Shown: piece by piece, positions 17,699-27,263 of the stretch
How the letters are laid out: each line of letters begins with the position of its first letter
How positions within the stretch are numbered: position 1 is the stretch's first letter
Origin: Gemmatimonadota bacterium
Lineage (GTDB): Bacteria > Gemmatimonadota > Gemmatimonadetes > Gemmatimonadales > GWC2-71-9
DNA length: 64,000 nt
NCBI GenBank assembly: GCA_039587315.1
Contig: JBDHIS010000018.1
Coordinates: forward strand, 218-64,217
Direction of reading: 5' to 3'
Position numbers and translations under genes: made by a program
The notes under the pieces: model-generated
Databases searched by the model: none
What the model was told of the DNA's origin: nothing
Seen by the model: only the letters and a program-made list of their open reading frames with translations

Positions 17699-18367
17699 AT
17701 GGGCGCGAGATTCCGGGTGATGGCAACGTGCGTGGTGGTCATCGCCTCCGGTTGTGGTTCGCCGGACGTGAGGCAGGAGGACGATGGCGCCGCGATGCGC
17801 GATGATGCCGTGACCGCGGTCTATGAGTGCCCGGGCGGCGGCGGCTTCGTGGCCCGTATACAGGGAGACACGGCCTGGCTGTTCCTTCCGGGGAACACCG
17901 TTGCGGCCACCCACGTGCCTGCGGCTTCCGGAGCGAAGTACACCGACGGAGAGGTCACGTATTGGTCGCACGGTGACGAGGCGTCGATCGAAGCGCCTGG
18001 GTTCGAGGCCGGGGAGTGCCGCAACAACCGGCGCGCGGCTATTTGGGAGCATGCCAAGCTGAACGGTGTGGACTTCCGGGCCGTGGGCAACGAGCCGGGG
18101 TGGCATCTGGAGATCAGACGCGGTCGGAGCATCGTGTTCGTGACCGACTATGGCCAGGCACGATACGAGTTCCCGGCTCCCGAGCTGGACGAGGACCGGG
18201 ACCGAGCTCGTGCGGTTTACCGCACGGGCGACGGCGATCACGAGCTCGTGGTGCAGCTCGAGGGACGGCGCTGCCTGGACACGATGGCCGACGATGAGTA
18301 CGAGACGACCGTCACTGTCACGTTGGACGGCCACGAAGTCAGGGGCTGCGGCCGGCCGCTGCACTAG
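17699..18367 (+). CDS. Lipoprotein with MliC-like (lysozyme inhibitor) N-domain and COG3650-like C-domain
   Basis: Lipobox VVIASGC. YECPGGGGF...ASGAKYTDGEVTYWSHGDEA resembles MliC. The C-terminal domain ends ...VRGCGRPL. Confidence 0.6.
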   Translation: MGARFRVMATCVVVIASGCGSPDVRQEDDGAAMRDDAVTAVYECPGGGGFVARIQGDTAWLFLPGNTVAATHVPAASGAKYTDGEVTYWSHGDEASIEAPGFEAGECRNNRRAAIWEHAKLNGVDFRAVGNEPGWHLEIRRGRSIVFVTDYGQARYEFPAPELDEDRDRARAVYRTGDGDHELVVQLEGRRCLDTMADDEYETTVTVTLDGHEVRGCGRPLH

Positions 18368-18517
18368 CTCTCCTCGTTCGGGCGGCTCGGCGCCGCCCCG
18401 GGCGCGTCGGTCCGCGCCTAGGCGATACCCGACAATCACACTCCTGCAACTTCCCGGACCATTGGGGGCGTACTCCACTTGGGGTCCTACTGGCCGAACC
18501 CAAACCAGGAACGCCCG

Positions 18518-20410
18518 ATGAAGCCAATCAGTCTTGCAGCGACGGCGCTGCTCCTTGCGACTTCAGTGCAGGCTCAGATAGCCGTGCCGTTCGACTCGGC
18601 CCGGTGGGAATTGGTGGACGCCGAGATGGCGGAGCATGCGGGGCGCCGGAGCCTGATGGGCGCAGCGATTCTCAAGGACCTGGAGTTCGAGGACGGCGTG
18701 GTCGAGGTAGACGTCTCGGTGACGGGCGAGCGCTCCTATCCGGGCATACTGTTTCGGCTCCAGTCCGAGGAGAACTACGAGCGCTTCTACATCCGGCCGC
18801 ACCGGGCCGGCCTCTATCCGGACGCGCTGCAGTACACCCCGGTGATCAACAAGGTGGCAGGATGGCAGCTGTACCATGGCGATGGGTACACGGCGGGCGC
18901 GGAGCTACCGGCTGAGGGGTGGATACGGCTGAGACTGGAGGTGAAGGGGCAGCGGGCACGCGTGTTCGTGAACGGTGGTTCGGAACCCGCACTCGAGATC
19001 GATCAGCTGGAGCACGGAGTGAGCAAGGGAGCTATCGGTGTGATGGGTCCCAGGAACGGGACCGCCTACTTCTCCAACTTCCGGTATCAGACCGGCGACG
19101 GACTCGTTTTCGATCCTCCTCCACCCGCATCCAAGCCCGAACCGGAGACGATCACGGAGTGGAAGGTGTCCCGAGGCTTTCCCGCCGATCGGGCGCGCAC
19201 CGACCGTTACCCCCACTTCTACACGATCTTCCTCGCTGAGTGGAAAGTCGCTGCGTCAGATGCCTCAGGGCTCGTTGACATCGCGCGGCACGTGACGCGA
19301 GAGAACCAGAACGGGGACATCGTGCTGGCCCGGAGCGTCTTCCGCTCCGATGCGGCGCGCGACGTCACTCTGTCGTTCGGCTACAGCGACGACGTGGACC
19401 TCTTCGTGAACGGCCGCAGGGTCTTCTCGGGAAGGAGCGGCTACCAGTCGCGCGACCGCTCGTTCCTAGGAATCGTCGGGCTCAACGACGCGGTGAGCGT
19501 GCGGTTTGAGAAGGGTCTGAATGAAGTCCTTCTGATGGTCGCCGAGCGGTTCGGTGGTTGGGGCTTCATGATGAAGGCCGACACGGTCCTCGAGCCGCCA
19601 CTGGAAGATCTCGGACGCACCACGAAGGTGTGGGAAACAGATGACGTGTTCCTGACTCCAGAGTCGGTGCTGTACGATTCGGACCGCGAGCTGCTTTACG
19701 TCACCAGCTTCGACAACCAGTTCGCTCAGAAGCAGGACCCCAGCGGCTACGTGTCCAAGCTGTCGCTGGACGGCGAGGTCATCGAACACCAATGGGTCAC
19801 GGGTCTCACCGCGCCCACGGGCATGGACATCCACCGTGACACGCTGTGGCTGTGCGAGCGGCGCCACCTCACCGCGATAGATCTCGAGTCCGGGCAGATC
19901 GCGGCGCGCTTCGAGATTCCCGACGCCGACTTCCCCAACGATCTCGTGATCGATGACGAGGGGTACATCTACATTTCGGACACCAGGCCTTCGGGCTGGG
20001 ATGACAGCCGCATCTACCGGTTCCGGGACGGCGAGTTCGAGGTCTGGGCCAATGACGGGATTTCGAGGGCCAACGGACTGTGGGTGCGGGACGGTTACCT
20101 GATCGTGGGAAACTCGGGGGACGGCTTCCTCAAGCGAGTGCGATTGAGCGACGCCCGGGTCGAAAGGGTTGTGTCGATGGGGCCGGGGATAATCGACGGC
20201 ATACGTGTGGACGACCAGGGCCGATTCCTCGTCTCACACTGGGAGGGGCAAACCTACGTCATCACCGATGACGGACAACTCACACGGGTGCTGGACACCA
20301 TGTCCCAACGGCTCAACACGGCGGACTTCGAGCTCATTGTTGATCAGGGCCTGCTCGTCGTTCCGACGTTTCTGGGCAACCGGGTGGTCGCGTATCGCGT
20401 GAGCCAGTAG
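18518..20410 (+). CDS. Secreted multidomain protein (N-terminal lectin/DUF1080-like, C-terminal SMP-30/LRE-like beta-propeller)
   Basis: The ATG at 18518 gives the signal peptide MKPISLAATALLLATSVQAQ. The C-terminal half has propeller-like repeats (ANGLWVRDGYLIVGNSG). Domain naming is tentative. Confidence 0.55.
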   Translation: MKPISLAATALLLATSVQAQIAVPFDSARWELVDAEMAEHAGRRSLMGAAILKDLEFEDGVVEVDVSVTGERSYPGILFRLQSEENYERFYIRPHRAGLYPDALQYTPVINKVAGWQLYHGDGYTAGAELPAEGWIRLRLEVKGQRARVFVNGGSEPALEIDQLEHGVSKGAIGVMGPRNGTAYFSNFRYQTGDGLVFDPPPPASKPEPETITEWKVSRGFPADRARTDRYPHFYTIFLAEWKVAASDASGLVDIARHVTRENQNGDIVLARSVFRSDAARDVTLSFGYSDDVDLFVNGRRVFSGRSGYQSRDRSFLGIVGLNDAVSVRFEKGLNEVLLMVAERFGGWGFMMKADTVLEPPLEDLGRTTKVWETDDVFLTPESVLYDSDRELLYVTSFDNQFAQKQDPSGYVSKLSLDGEVIEHQWVTGLTAPTGMDIHRDTLWLCERRHLTAIDLESGQIAARFEIPDADFPNDLVIDDEGYIYISDTRPSGWDDSRIYRFRDGEFEVWANDGISRANGLWVRDGYLIVGNSGDGFLKRVRLSDARVERVVSMGPGIIDGIRVDDQGRFLVSHWEGQTYVITDDGQLTRVLDTMSQRLNTADFELIVDQGLLVVPTFLGNRVVAYRVSQ

Positions 20411-20455
20411 CGCTTGCCGGGTCCTGCCCCCGCAGGTACCCTGCGGGGGCCCACA

Positions 20456-21865
20456 ATGGACCCACGACTCCAGGAGATCTTCGAGCGCCAGCGGGAGCAA
20501 GTTCCCGTGATGGCCCGCACGACCGCTACACAGCGGCGTGAGCGGCTCAGGCGGCTGCGCGCGGCGGTCGTCAAACGGCGCCCCGCAATAGTCGACGCAA
20601 TACACGCCGACCTCGCACGGCCGCGGGCCGAGTCGGAGCTCGCCGAGGTCCACCACGTACTGCAGGAGATCGACTATGCCATCCGTTATCTCCCGCGTTG
20701 GATGCGGGGGAGACGCGGTCGCACCCAGCTGTTTCTCCTCGGGACTTCCAGTAGGCTGCGCATCGAGCCGCGCGGAATGGTGCTGATCATGGCACCCTGG
20801 AACTACCCCGTGGCCCTGGTGATCAACCCTCTGGTTGCCGCGCTCGCGGCCGGCAACTGCGTGGTGCTCAAACCGTCGGAGAAGGCACCGGCCACGGCCC
20901 GTGTCCTGGCGTCTTTGGTGAGCGAGACGTTCGACGAACGAGAAGTGGGATTGGTGGAGGGCGGACCGGAGACCGCGCAGGCGCTGCTCGGGCTTCCCTT
21001 CGATCACATCTTCTTCACCGGTGGGACAGCAGTCGGCCGCCAGGTGATGATGGCGGCCGCCAGGAACCTGGCCTCGGTCACGCTCGAGCTGGGAGGAAAG
21101 ACACCGGCGATCGTGGACGCATCCGCGAACGTGCGTACCGCGGCGCAACGGATCGCTTGGGGGAAATATTTCAATGCCGGGCAGACCTGTCTGGCGCCGG
21201 ATTACGTGCTCGTCGACGCGGCTGTCGAGAAGGAGCTGCTCGCGGAGCTGAAGTCCAGCATCGCGCGGTTCTACGGAGAGAGCGAGGCGGAGCGCCGGGC
21301 CTCTCCGGACCTGGGCCGCATCGTGGACGATCCCCACTTTGAACGGCTGGTGGATATGGTCGAGCGCAGCGCCGCTGCAGGTGCGCGCGTCGAGATCGGG
21401 GGAGAGTTCGACGCCGACACGCGCTACGTGGCGCCTACAGTATTGTCGGGAATCACAGTGGACATGCCCGCGATGGATGACGAGATCTTCGGGCCGGTGC
21501 TACCCGTGATCGCCTACGGTGATCGGGCGGAGGCCATCGCCGTTGTGCGCAGGAACGGCACTCCGCTTGGATCATACATCTTCAGTCGCGACGAGCGCGC
21601 GACCGACGAGCTGCTGAGGGGGTTCGCGGCCGGCGGCACGATGGTCAACAACACGCTGCTGCACTACATCGGCTCGGACCTGCCGTTCGGGGGAGTGGGG
21701 GCCAGCGGGCAGGGGAGCTACCATGGCTACCACGGATTCATCACGATGTCGCACGTGCGGCCTGTGGTTCGGCAGCGCGAGCCGGCGCTGGCCCGCATCT
21801 TCTTTCCGCCCTACGAGAGCCGACTGTTCCGGCTGGCCCAACGAGTGGTGCGCTGGTTCGAGTAG
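20456..21865 (+). CDS. NAD(P)+-dependent aldehyde dehydrogenase (class 3-like)
   Basis: Catalytic motifs ELGGKTPAIV and NAGQTCLAPDYVLV; FTGGTAVGRQVM. Confidence 0.9.
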   Translation: MDPRLQEIFERQREQVPVMARTTATQRRERLRRLRAAVVKRRPAIVDAIHADLARPRAESELAEVHHVLQEIDYAIRYLPRWMRGRRGRTQLFLLGTSSRLRIEPRGMVLIMAPWNYPVALVINPLVAALAAGNCVVLKPSEKAPATARVLASLVSETFDEREVGLVEGGPETAQALLGLPFDHIFFTGGTAVGRQVMMAAARNLASVTLELGGKTPAIVDASANVRTAAQRIAWGKYFNAGQTCLAPDYVLVDAAVEKELLAELKSSIARFYGESEAERRASPDLGRIVDDPHFERLVDMVERSAAAGARVEIGGEFDADTRYVAPTVLSGITVDMPAMDDEIFGPVLPVIAYGDRAEAIAVVRRNGTPLGSYIFSRDERATDELLRGFAAGGTMVNNTLLHYIGSDLPFGGVGASGQGSYHGYHGFITMSHVRPVVRQREPALARIFFPPYESRLFRLAQRVVRWFE

Positions 21866-21869
21866 CGCT

Positions 21870-22469
21870 CTAGTCCCGGGCGCGTAGTCCGTCGAACAGA
21901 TCGTCTATCGCTTCCTTCGCAAACGACTCTGCGTCGTCCGCCGGCACCTGTCCCTCGAGCTGCATCAGGGCGATGCCGTGCAGCAGCGCCTGCCCGCTGC
22001 GTGAGATGCGGTCGATCGGGCCCGGCCGAAGGACCCCGTCCCGTTGGCACTTGGTGACCTGCTCCTCCACGATCGCGCCCAGAACTTCCTGAGCTTCCTT
22101 CACCTCTTCCCCCCAGTCATCGCCGAACATGTTCCTGTAGAGCCGGGGGTGCTTCAGCGCGAACCTGGCGTACGTGAGAGCGATGCGGCGCAGACACTTC
22201 TCCGGGTCTCCCGCCTCTGCCAGCTCCGCACGGACGGCCTCCGTGAGCATGTCGAAGCCCCGCAGCGCGACCGCGCCCCGGAGCTCCTGGAGCCCGCCGT
22301 CCCGGAAGTGGTGGGTGAGGGTGCCGAGGCTGCGCCCGGCCTCCTTGGCGACCGATCGGGCGTCGAACTGGCGGCCCTCCTCGTTCACGATCCGGACGGC
22401 GGCGTCCACTAGGGCGTCGCGGGCCTCACTGCTATCCCGGGGCGGGCGCTTCTGTTTTCTCAGTATCAT
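21870..22469 (-). CDS. TetR/AcrR family transcriptional regulator
   Basis: HTH region ALVDAAVRIVNEEGRQFDARSVAKEAGRSLGTLTHHF. The start at 22469 (MILRKQKRPP) was chosen over the upstream extension to 22610. Confidence 0.85.
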   Translation of the reverse strand: MILRKQKRPPRDSSEARDALVDAAVRIVNEEGRQFDARSVAKEAGRSLGTLTHHFRDGGLQELRGAVALRGFDMLTEAVRAELAEAGDPEKCLRRIALTYARFALKHPRLYRNMFGDDWGEEVKEAQEVLGAIVEEQVTKCQRDGVLRPGPIDRISRSGQALLHGIALMQLEGQVPADDAESFAKEAIDDLFDGLRARD

Positions 22470-22489
22470 TGGGCGCTTTGGGCTGTTCT

Positions 22490-22502
22490 CGCACAATGTA
22501 CG
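22490..22502. promoter_or_regulatory. 13-bp palindromic site CGCACA-A-TGTACG (candidate TetR operator, site 1)
   Basis: Matches the perfect site at 22591 with one half-site mismatch. Lies 21-33 nt upstream of the tetR start. Confidence 0.45.
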
Positions 22503-22557
22503 GCCTAATCCCGAACTGCGCCAACCCGTTTTCGGACACACACTGCTGAGGTTGACT

Positions 22558-22570
22558 CGTACCGTGTACG
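22558..22570. promoter_or_regulatory. 13-bp palindromic site CGTACC-G-TGTACG (candidate TetR operator, site 2)
   Basis: One mismatch from a perfect 6-1-6 palindrome. Its centre is 33 bp from site 3. Confidence 0.5.
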
Positions 22571-22590
22571 AAGGTAAGCTTCTACGCCAT

Positions 22591-22603
22591 CGTACAGTGT
22601 ACG
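22591..22603. promoter_or_regulatory. 13-bp perfect palindrome CGTACA-G-TGTACG (candidate TetR operator, site 3)
   Basis: Perfect 6-1-6 inverted repeat, 46 nt upstream of the divergent ORF at 22649. Confidence 0.5.
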
Positions 22604-22648
22604 GCGGCATCCCAGAAACCGTTTCACGCAGTACAGCAGGGGTAACTG

Positions 22649-22954
22649 ATGTTACGCAAGACGTTCAAGGTCGAGTGCACTCTGTGGGGCGAGGACTTCG
22701 TTGGTGTCCTGCCCCAGCTTTCAGAGTGGCTCACCAAGTGCCGCATCGTCCCGCATGCGGGCGACACGGTACCGCTCCCTTCAGCCGTTCGGGCGGCTCG
22801 GTCGAAGCCTACCGAGACGAACGGCCACGATGCCGAGATCGTGCGGCAGCAGGTTTCGGAGAACACCGGCGTGGTGACGTCGGTGTACTACCTGCCCACG
22901 CGCGACATGGTGAAGGTCGGCATCAAGGAGTCCAGGCGAGCCAACGGCCGCTAG
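22649..22954 (+). CDS. Hypothetical 101-aa protein, divergent from tetR
   Basis: ATG start and strongly GC3-biased codons consistent with real coding sequence. No family recognised. Confidence 0.5.
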   Translation: MLRKTFKVECTLWGEDFVGVLPQLSEWLTKCRIVPHAGDTVPLPSAVRAARSKPTETNGHDAEIVRQQVSENTGVVTSVYYLPTRDMVKVGIKESRRANGR

Positions 22955-22987
22955 ACGCCTCTTGGGGGGTCGAATTAGCGGGGGGGA

Positions 22988-23028
22988 GAAGGCCGATCGG
23001 CAGCGATGCCGGTCGGTCTTCTGTCTTT
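22988..23028 (+). terminator. 13-bp stem hairpin plus U-rich tail between the small ORF and the radical SAM gene (terminator/attenuator)
   Basis: GAAGGCCGATCGG-8 nt-CCGGTCGGTCTTC (two G-U pairs) followed by TGTCTTT. Confidence 0.55.
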
Positions 23029-23073
23029 GGGAGCCCCGCACGCCTATCCTTAGGACAGGAGGCGAAGAAGCGA

Positions 23074-24159
23074 ATGTCCGAAGTATCCGCCTCGGTCGTA
23101 CCTACCAAGTACTGGCACAAGCTCGACGACGGACGTGTGCAGTGCGACATGTGCCCGCGCTACTGTCACATGCGAGAGGGGCAGCGCGGCATGTGCTTCG
23201 TGCGGATGTGCCAGGACGGCGAGGTGGTCCTCACCACGTACGGGCGCTCCAGCGGATTCTGCGTGGACCCCATCGAGAAGAAGCCGCTCAATCACTTCTA
23301 CCCCGGGACGCCGGTCCTCTCGTTCGGCACCGCGGGCTGCAACTTGGCGTGCAAGTTCTGCCAGAACTGGGACATCAGCAAGTCACGTGAGATCGACACG
23401 CTGGCGGACGCTGCGTCGCCGGAGGGGCTCGCGGATACGGCGCTCCAGCTCGGGTGCAAGAGCGTTGCGTTCACCTACAACGACCCCGTCATCTTCCACG
23501 AGTACGCGATAGATGTGGCGCAGGCATGCCGCGAGAAGGGCATCAAGACTGTTGCGGTCACGGCGGGTTACGTGTGCGACGAGCCCCGCGCAGAGTTCTA
23601 CCGCCACATGGACGCCGCGAACGTGGATCTCAAGGCGTTCACCGAGGAGTTCTACTGGCAGCTCACGAAGGGCCACATCGAGCCGGTGCTCGACACGGTG
23701 CGTTACCTGAAGCACGAGACCGACGTCTGGTTCGAGCTCACCACCCTGCTGATCCCCGGCAAGAACGACTCCGACGCAGAGCTAGAGGAACTGGCTCGGT
23801 GGGTGGTTGAGAACGTGGGGCCCGACGTGCCGCTTCACTTCAGCGCGTTCCACCCGGACTTCCAAATGCTGGACGTGCCGCCCACGCCTCCAGCGACCCT
23901 CACTCGCGCGCGCGACATCGCGTTGAAGAACGGTGTGCGCTACGCGTACACGGGTAACGTGCACGATCTCGCTGGTGGTAGCACCATCTGCCACGAGTGC
24001 GGCGAGATGCTCGTCGCGCGCGACTGGTACGTGCTGCACGGTTGGCGTCTCACCGACGACGGGCGCTGCGCCAAGTGCGGAACCGAGTGTGCGGGTGTGT
24101 TCGACGGACCACCGGGTGATTGGGGCGCGCAGCGACTGCCGGTGAGGATCGGGCGGTAA
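23074..24159 (+). CDS. AmmeMemoRadiSam-system-type radical SAM enzyme (PflA-like activase family)
   Basis: AGGAGG RBS at 23057-23062. N-terminal KYWHKLDDGRVQCDMCPRYCHMREGQRGMCFVR, DPIEKKPLNHFYPG, radical SAM CNLACKFCQNW. C-terminal CHECG...CAKCG. Only the last 361 aa of ORF 22174..24159 are coding. Confidence 0.85.
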   Translation: MSEVSASVVPTKYWHKLDDGRVQCDMCPRYCHMREGQRGMCFVRMCQDGEVVLTTYGRSSGFCVDPIEKKPLNHFYPGTPVLSFGTAGCNLACKFCQNWDISKSREIDTLADAASPEGLADTALQLGCKSVAFTYNDPVIFHEYAIDVAQACREKGIKTVAVTAGYVCDEPRAEFYRHMDAANVDLKAFTEEFYWQLTKGHIEPVLDTVRYLKHETDVWFELTTLLIPGKNDSDAELEELARWVVENVGPDVPLHFSAFHPDFQMLDVPPTPPATLTRARDIALKNGVRYAYTGNVHDLAGGSTICHECGEMLVARDWYVLHGWRLTDDGRCAKCGTECAGVFDGPPGDWGAQRLPVRIGR

Positions 24160-24265
24160 CGCTCTTCTCGGCGGCCTCAGCCTGAGAGTGGGCTGAGCGA
24201 GAGAAGGCATGCAGAGGGATATAGACTTCCGGCCCGCAGGCCGATGGGGCAATGTTCCCAGTGTC

Positions 24266-25375
24266 ATGCGTGGACTTCCCCGCCGTCGAATCCTGGCTGT
24301 CGCGGTGGTCGCCGCAGCCGCACTTTCGTGCGGCATCGGCGAAATGCTGAGCGACGCCCGAAGGCAGCCCGAGCTGCGCCACCACGTGGTGTACCGCGCA
24401 CACGAGCCACTCGTCGTGGACGGCGATCTCGGCGACGCGGCCTGGCAACTCGCGGCGTGGACCGATGCGTTCGTGGACATCGAGGGGGAAGCACTGCCCG
24501 CACCCACATGGCTCACCCGCGTGAAGACGTTGTGGGACGACGACTACTTCTACTTCGCGGCAGAGCTGGAGGAGCCCCACCTCTGGGCCACGCTCACCGA
24601 GCGCGACGCCGTCATCTACCACGACAACGACTTCGAGGTCTTCATCGATCCCGACGGTGACACACACGACTACTACGAGCTCGAGATCAACGCCCTTGGA
24701 ACGGTGTGGGACCTGATGCTGGAGAAGCCCTACCGGGATGGCGGGCCGGCGGTGAACGAGTGGGACATCGAAGGGCTGCTCGCGGCGGTCGCATTGCGCG
24801 GCACGCTCAACGATCCATCGGACCGGGACGAAGCGTGGACCGTGGAGCTGGCGCTGCCTTGGGACGTGCTCGCCGAGCACGCGCCCGCGGGACGGCGCCC
24901 GCGAGACGGCGAACAGTGGCGCGTCAACTTCTCCCGTGTGCAATGGGACCTGGAGACGGTGGACGGCGACTACGTGAAGGCGACCGACTCCACGACCGGC
25001 AGACCGCGCGACGAACACAACTGGGTGTGGTCGCAGCAGGGTACCGTGAACATGCACAAGCCCGAGATGTGGGGCATCGTGCAGTTCAGCGATGTCGTTG
25101 TGGGAGAGGGGCGGACCGGATTCCGGGCGTCCGACGACGAAGCGGTGCGATGGACTCTACGCCAGGTGTATTACGCGCAATCCACGTACCACCGCGAGCG
25201 CGGGCACTATGCCCGCTGGCTCGAAGATCTCGCGGTGGACCGCCGCGCGATGCTCGCGTCCAGAGTGCGACTGCTCTCCTCGGAGAGGGCGTACGTTGCG
25301 TCGGCGCCGGGCGACGACGGTCGTGCCCTCTGGCACATCAACGAGGAGGGGCGGATCTGGAAGCAGGGACAGTGA
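24266..25375 (+). CDS. Secreted carbohydrate-binding family 9 (CBM9/DOMON-like) protein
   Basis: Signal/lipobox MRGLPRRRILAVAVVAAAALSCG. VVDGDLGDAAWQ...WDDDYFYFAAELEEPH...NDFEVFIDPDGD...YYELEINALGT. Confidence 0.7.
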   Translation: MRGLPRRRILAVAVVAAAALSCGIGEMLSDARRQPELRHHVVYRAHEPLVVDGDLGDAAWQLAAWTDAFVDIEGEALPAPTWLTRVKTLWDDDYFYFAAELEEPHLWATLTERDAVIYHDNDFEVFIDPDGDTHDYYELEINALGTVWDLMLEKPYRDGGPAVNEWDIEGLLAAVALRGTLNDPSDRDEAWTVELALPWDVLAEHAPAGRRPRDGEQWRVNFSRVQWDLETVDGDYVKATDSTTGRPRDEHNWVWSQQGTVNMHKPEMWGIVQFSDVVVGEGRTGFRASDDEAVRWTLRQVYYAQSTYHRERGHYARWLEDLAVDRRAMLASRVRLLSSERAYVASAPGDDGRALWHINEEGRIWKQGQ

Positions 25376-25385
25376 AGGACGGGAC

Positions 25386-26477
25386 GTGAAGCGCCGCGAG
25401 TTCATTCGGACAGTGGGCAGCGCAGCCGCCGCAACCGGGCTCGGCGCCGCTGCGCTCGCGGGCTGCAGTCCAGCGGGTCAGGCACCGGAGCGCAAGAGCT
25501 GGACCTGGGTCCATGGTGGCGGCGGCGCCGACAAGGAGGAATGGCGCCGGCGCTTCGCGCGTTTGCGTGCCGCCGGGATAGGCGGCGTGCTCGTAGGTGG
25601 AGGAGGCACCGAGCTGGTTGCCGGCGCGGCGCATGCGGAGGGACTCGACTTCCAGCGCTGGACCTGGGTACTCAATCGGGCCGGGGACGAGTGGGCCAAG
25701 GAGCATCACCCCGAGTGGTACACCGTGAGCAGGAACGGCGAGTCCAGCCTCGAGCACCCTCCGTACGTGGGTTACTACCGCTGGGTGTGTCCCACTCGCC
25801 CCGCCGTGCGAGAGTACCTGCGCGGAGTCGTGGACGAGATCGCGAGCGATCCCAATGTGGACGGTGTGCACCTCGACTACATACGCCACGCCGACGTGAT
25901 TCTCCCGGTCGGACTCTGGGCCAAGTACGACCTGGTCCAGGACCGCGAACACCCCGAGTTCGACTTCTGCTACTGCGAAGTGTGCCGCGAGACCTTCAAG
26001 GCCGAGTCGGGGACCGACCCGCTCGACCTGTACGATCCAACTCAGGATGTGGCATGGCGGGAGTTCCGCTGGAACAGCGTCACGGGCCTCGTTCGAGTGC
26101 TGGCGGACGCGGTGCACGCGCGCGGCAAGCGGATCACCGCCGCGGTCTTCCCGACCCCTACCATCGCGCGCCGCCTCGTGCGTCAGGCATGGGAGCGGTG
26201 GCCGCTCGACGCCGTGTTCCCGATGCTGTACCACGAGTTCTACAACGAGGGAATCGACTGGATCGGGACCGCCACCGCGGAGGGAGTAGCAGCGTTACCT
26301 GAGAGCACGCCGCTCTACAGCGGACTCTACCTGCCTACCATGTCCCCCGAGGAGTTGGGCCGAGCGGTGCGTGCCGCGGCAGATGGTGGCGCGGCTGGCG
26401 TGTCGCTGTTCGAGATGAACGGCCTCAGCGACGAGCACCTGACCGAGCTGCGAGGCGCCCTGGACGCCATGACCTGA
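25386..26477 (+). CDS. Tat-signal lipoprotein, glycoside hydrolase-like family 10 (GHL10/DUF187-like)
   Basis: GTG start with KRREFIRTVGSAAAATGLGAAALAGCS. VDGVHLDYIRH motif typical of GHL10. Confidence 0.55.
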   Translation: MKRREFIRTVGSAAAATGLGAAALAGCSPAGQAPERKSWTWVHGGGGADKEEWRRRFARLRAAGIGGVLVGGGGTELVAGAAHAEGLDFQRWTWVLNRAGDEWAKEHHPEWYTVSRNGESSLEHPPYVGYYRWVCPTRPAVREYLRGVVDEIASDPNVDGVHLDYIRHADVILPVGLWAKYDLVQDREHPEFDFCYCEVCRETFKAESGTDPLDLYDPTQDVAWREFRWNSVTGLVRVLADAVHARGKRITAAVFPTPTIARRLVRQAWERWPLDAVFPMLYHEFYNEGIDWIGTATAEGVAALPESTPLYSGLYLPTMSPEELGRAVRAAADGGAAGVSLFEMNGLSDEHLTELRGALDAMT

Positions 26478-26577
26478 CCGCGAGGTCTGGCGACGCCCGC
26501 GAGGCCGCTGCATCTTCGAGACAGGTGACCGGCGGGTCCTCCACGGGCCCATTCGTCACAGGTACCGACCGACACCG

Positions 26578-26829
26578 ATGTCTAATCAGCTCACCGAGTC
26601 CGAACGCCAACGCGTAGCCGCGCTCACGCTCGCCCTTTACGAACGGCGCGTTACGGTCGACGCGTTCATCGAGGAACTCGGAGATGTCGCCGACCCACAG
26701 GTGAACGAGCTCGTCGATCTGCTGCGGCACGAGCCGGAGCGGGGCGGAATGCACGGGGTCGGGGACGACGAGTACGAGGCGTATCGGGAGCGGCTCATGA
26801 AGCTGGTGGGATTACTGTCGGACTACTGA
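26578..26829 (+). CDS. Hypothetical small acidic protein
   Basis: 83-aa ORF with ATG start and GC3 bias; no family recognised. Confidence 0.45.
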   Translation: MSNQLTESERQRVAALTLALYERRVTVDAFIEELGDVADPQVNELVDLLRHEPERGGMHGVGDDEYEAYRERLMKLVGLLSDY

Positions 26830-26839
26830 GGAGGCGGCC

Positions 26840-27253
26840 GTGACGTTCACGATCAGACGAGCCGACTATTACTACTGTACGGTCCAGGACCAACCGGGCG
26901 AAGGCTACCGACTGCTCAACGAGCTTGCGGAGTCGGGCGTGAACCTGCTGGCCTTTACGGGGATTCCCACCGGGCCGAACTACACCCAGCTCACGCTGTT
27001 TCCCGAGAACGGGCAACAACTCCAGATCGCTGCGCACAAGGCACGCCTGCCGTTGGACGGGCCGCACCACGCGCTGCTGGTGCAGGGCGACGATGCGCTG
27101 GGAGCGCTCGCGGGACTCCACCGCAAGCTGTACGAGGCAGGCGTGAACGTCTACGCGTCGAGCGGAGTGACCGATGGCAAGGGGAGTTTCGGCTACCTGC
27201 TCTATGTTAGGCCCAACAAGTTCGATCGCGCAGTAGCTGCGCTCGAGGTGTAG
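26840..27253 (+). CDS. ACT-domain-like small-molecule-binding protein (tentative)
   Basis: Two beta-alpha-beta-beta-alpha-beta-like halves (YYYCTVQDQPGEGYRLLNELAESGVNLLAF; ALLVQGDDALGALAGLHRKLYEAGVNVYA). Confidence 0.45.
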   Translation: MTFTIRRADYYYCTVQDQPGEGYRLLNELAESGVNLLAFTGIPTGPNYTQLTLFPENGQQLQIAAHKARLPLDGPHHALLVQGDDALGALAGLHRKLYEAGVNVYASSGVTDGKGSFGYLLYVRPNKFDRAVAALEV

Positions 27254-27263
27254 GCCGGAGCCA

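Noticed and set aside
22174-23073. N-terminal 300 aa of the 661-aa ORF 22174..24159
   Set aside because: This part overlaps tetR in antisense and crosses the operator region and the independent 22649 ORF. Recognisable radical SAM sequence begins only at the ATG at 23074, which has an AGGAGG RBS.
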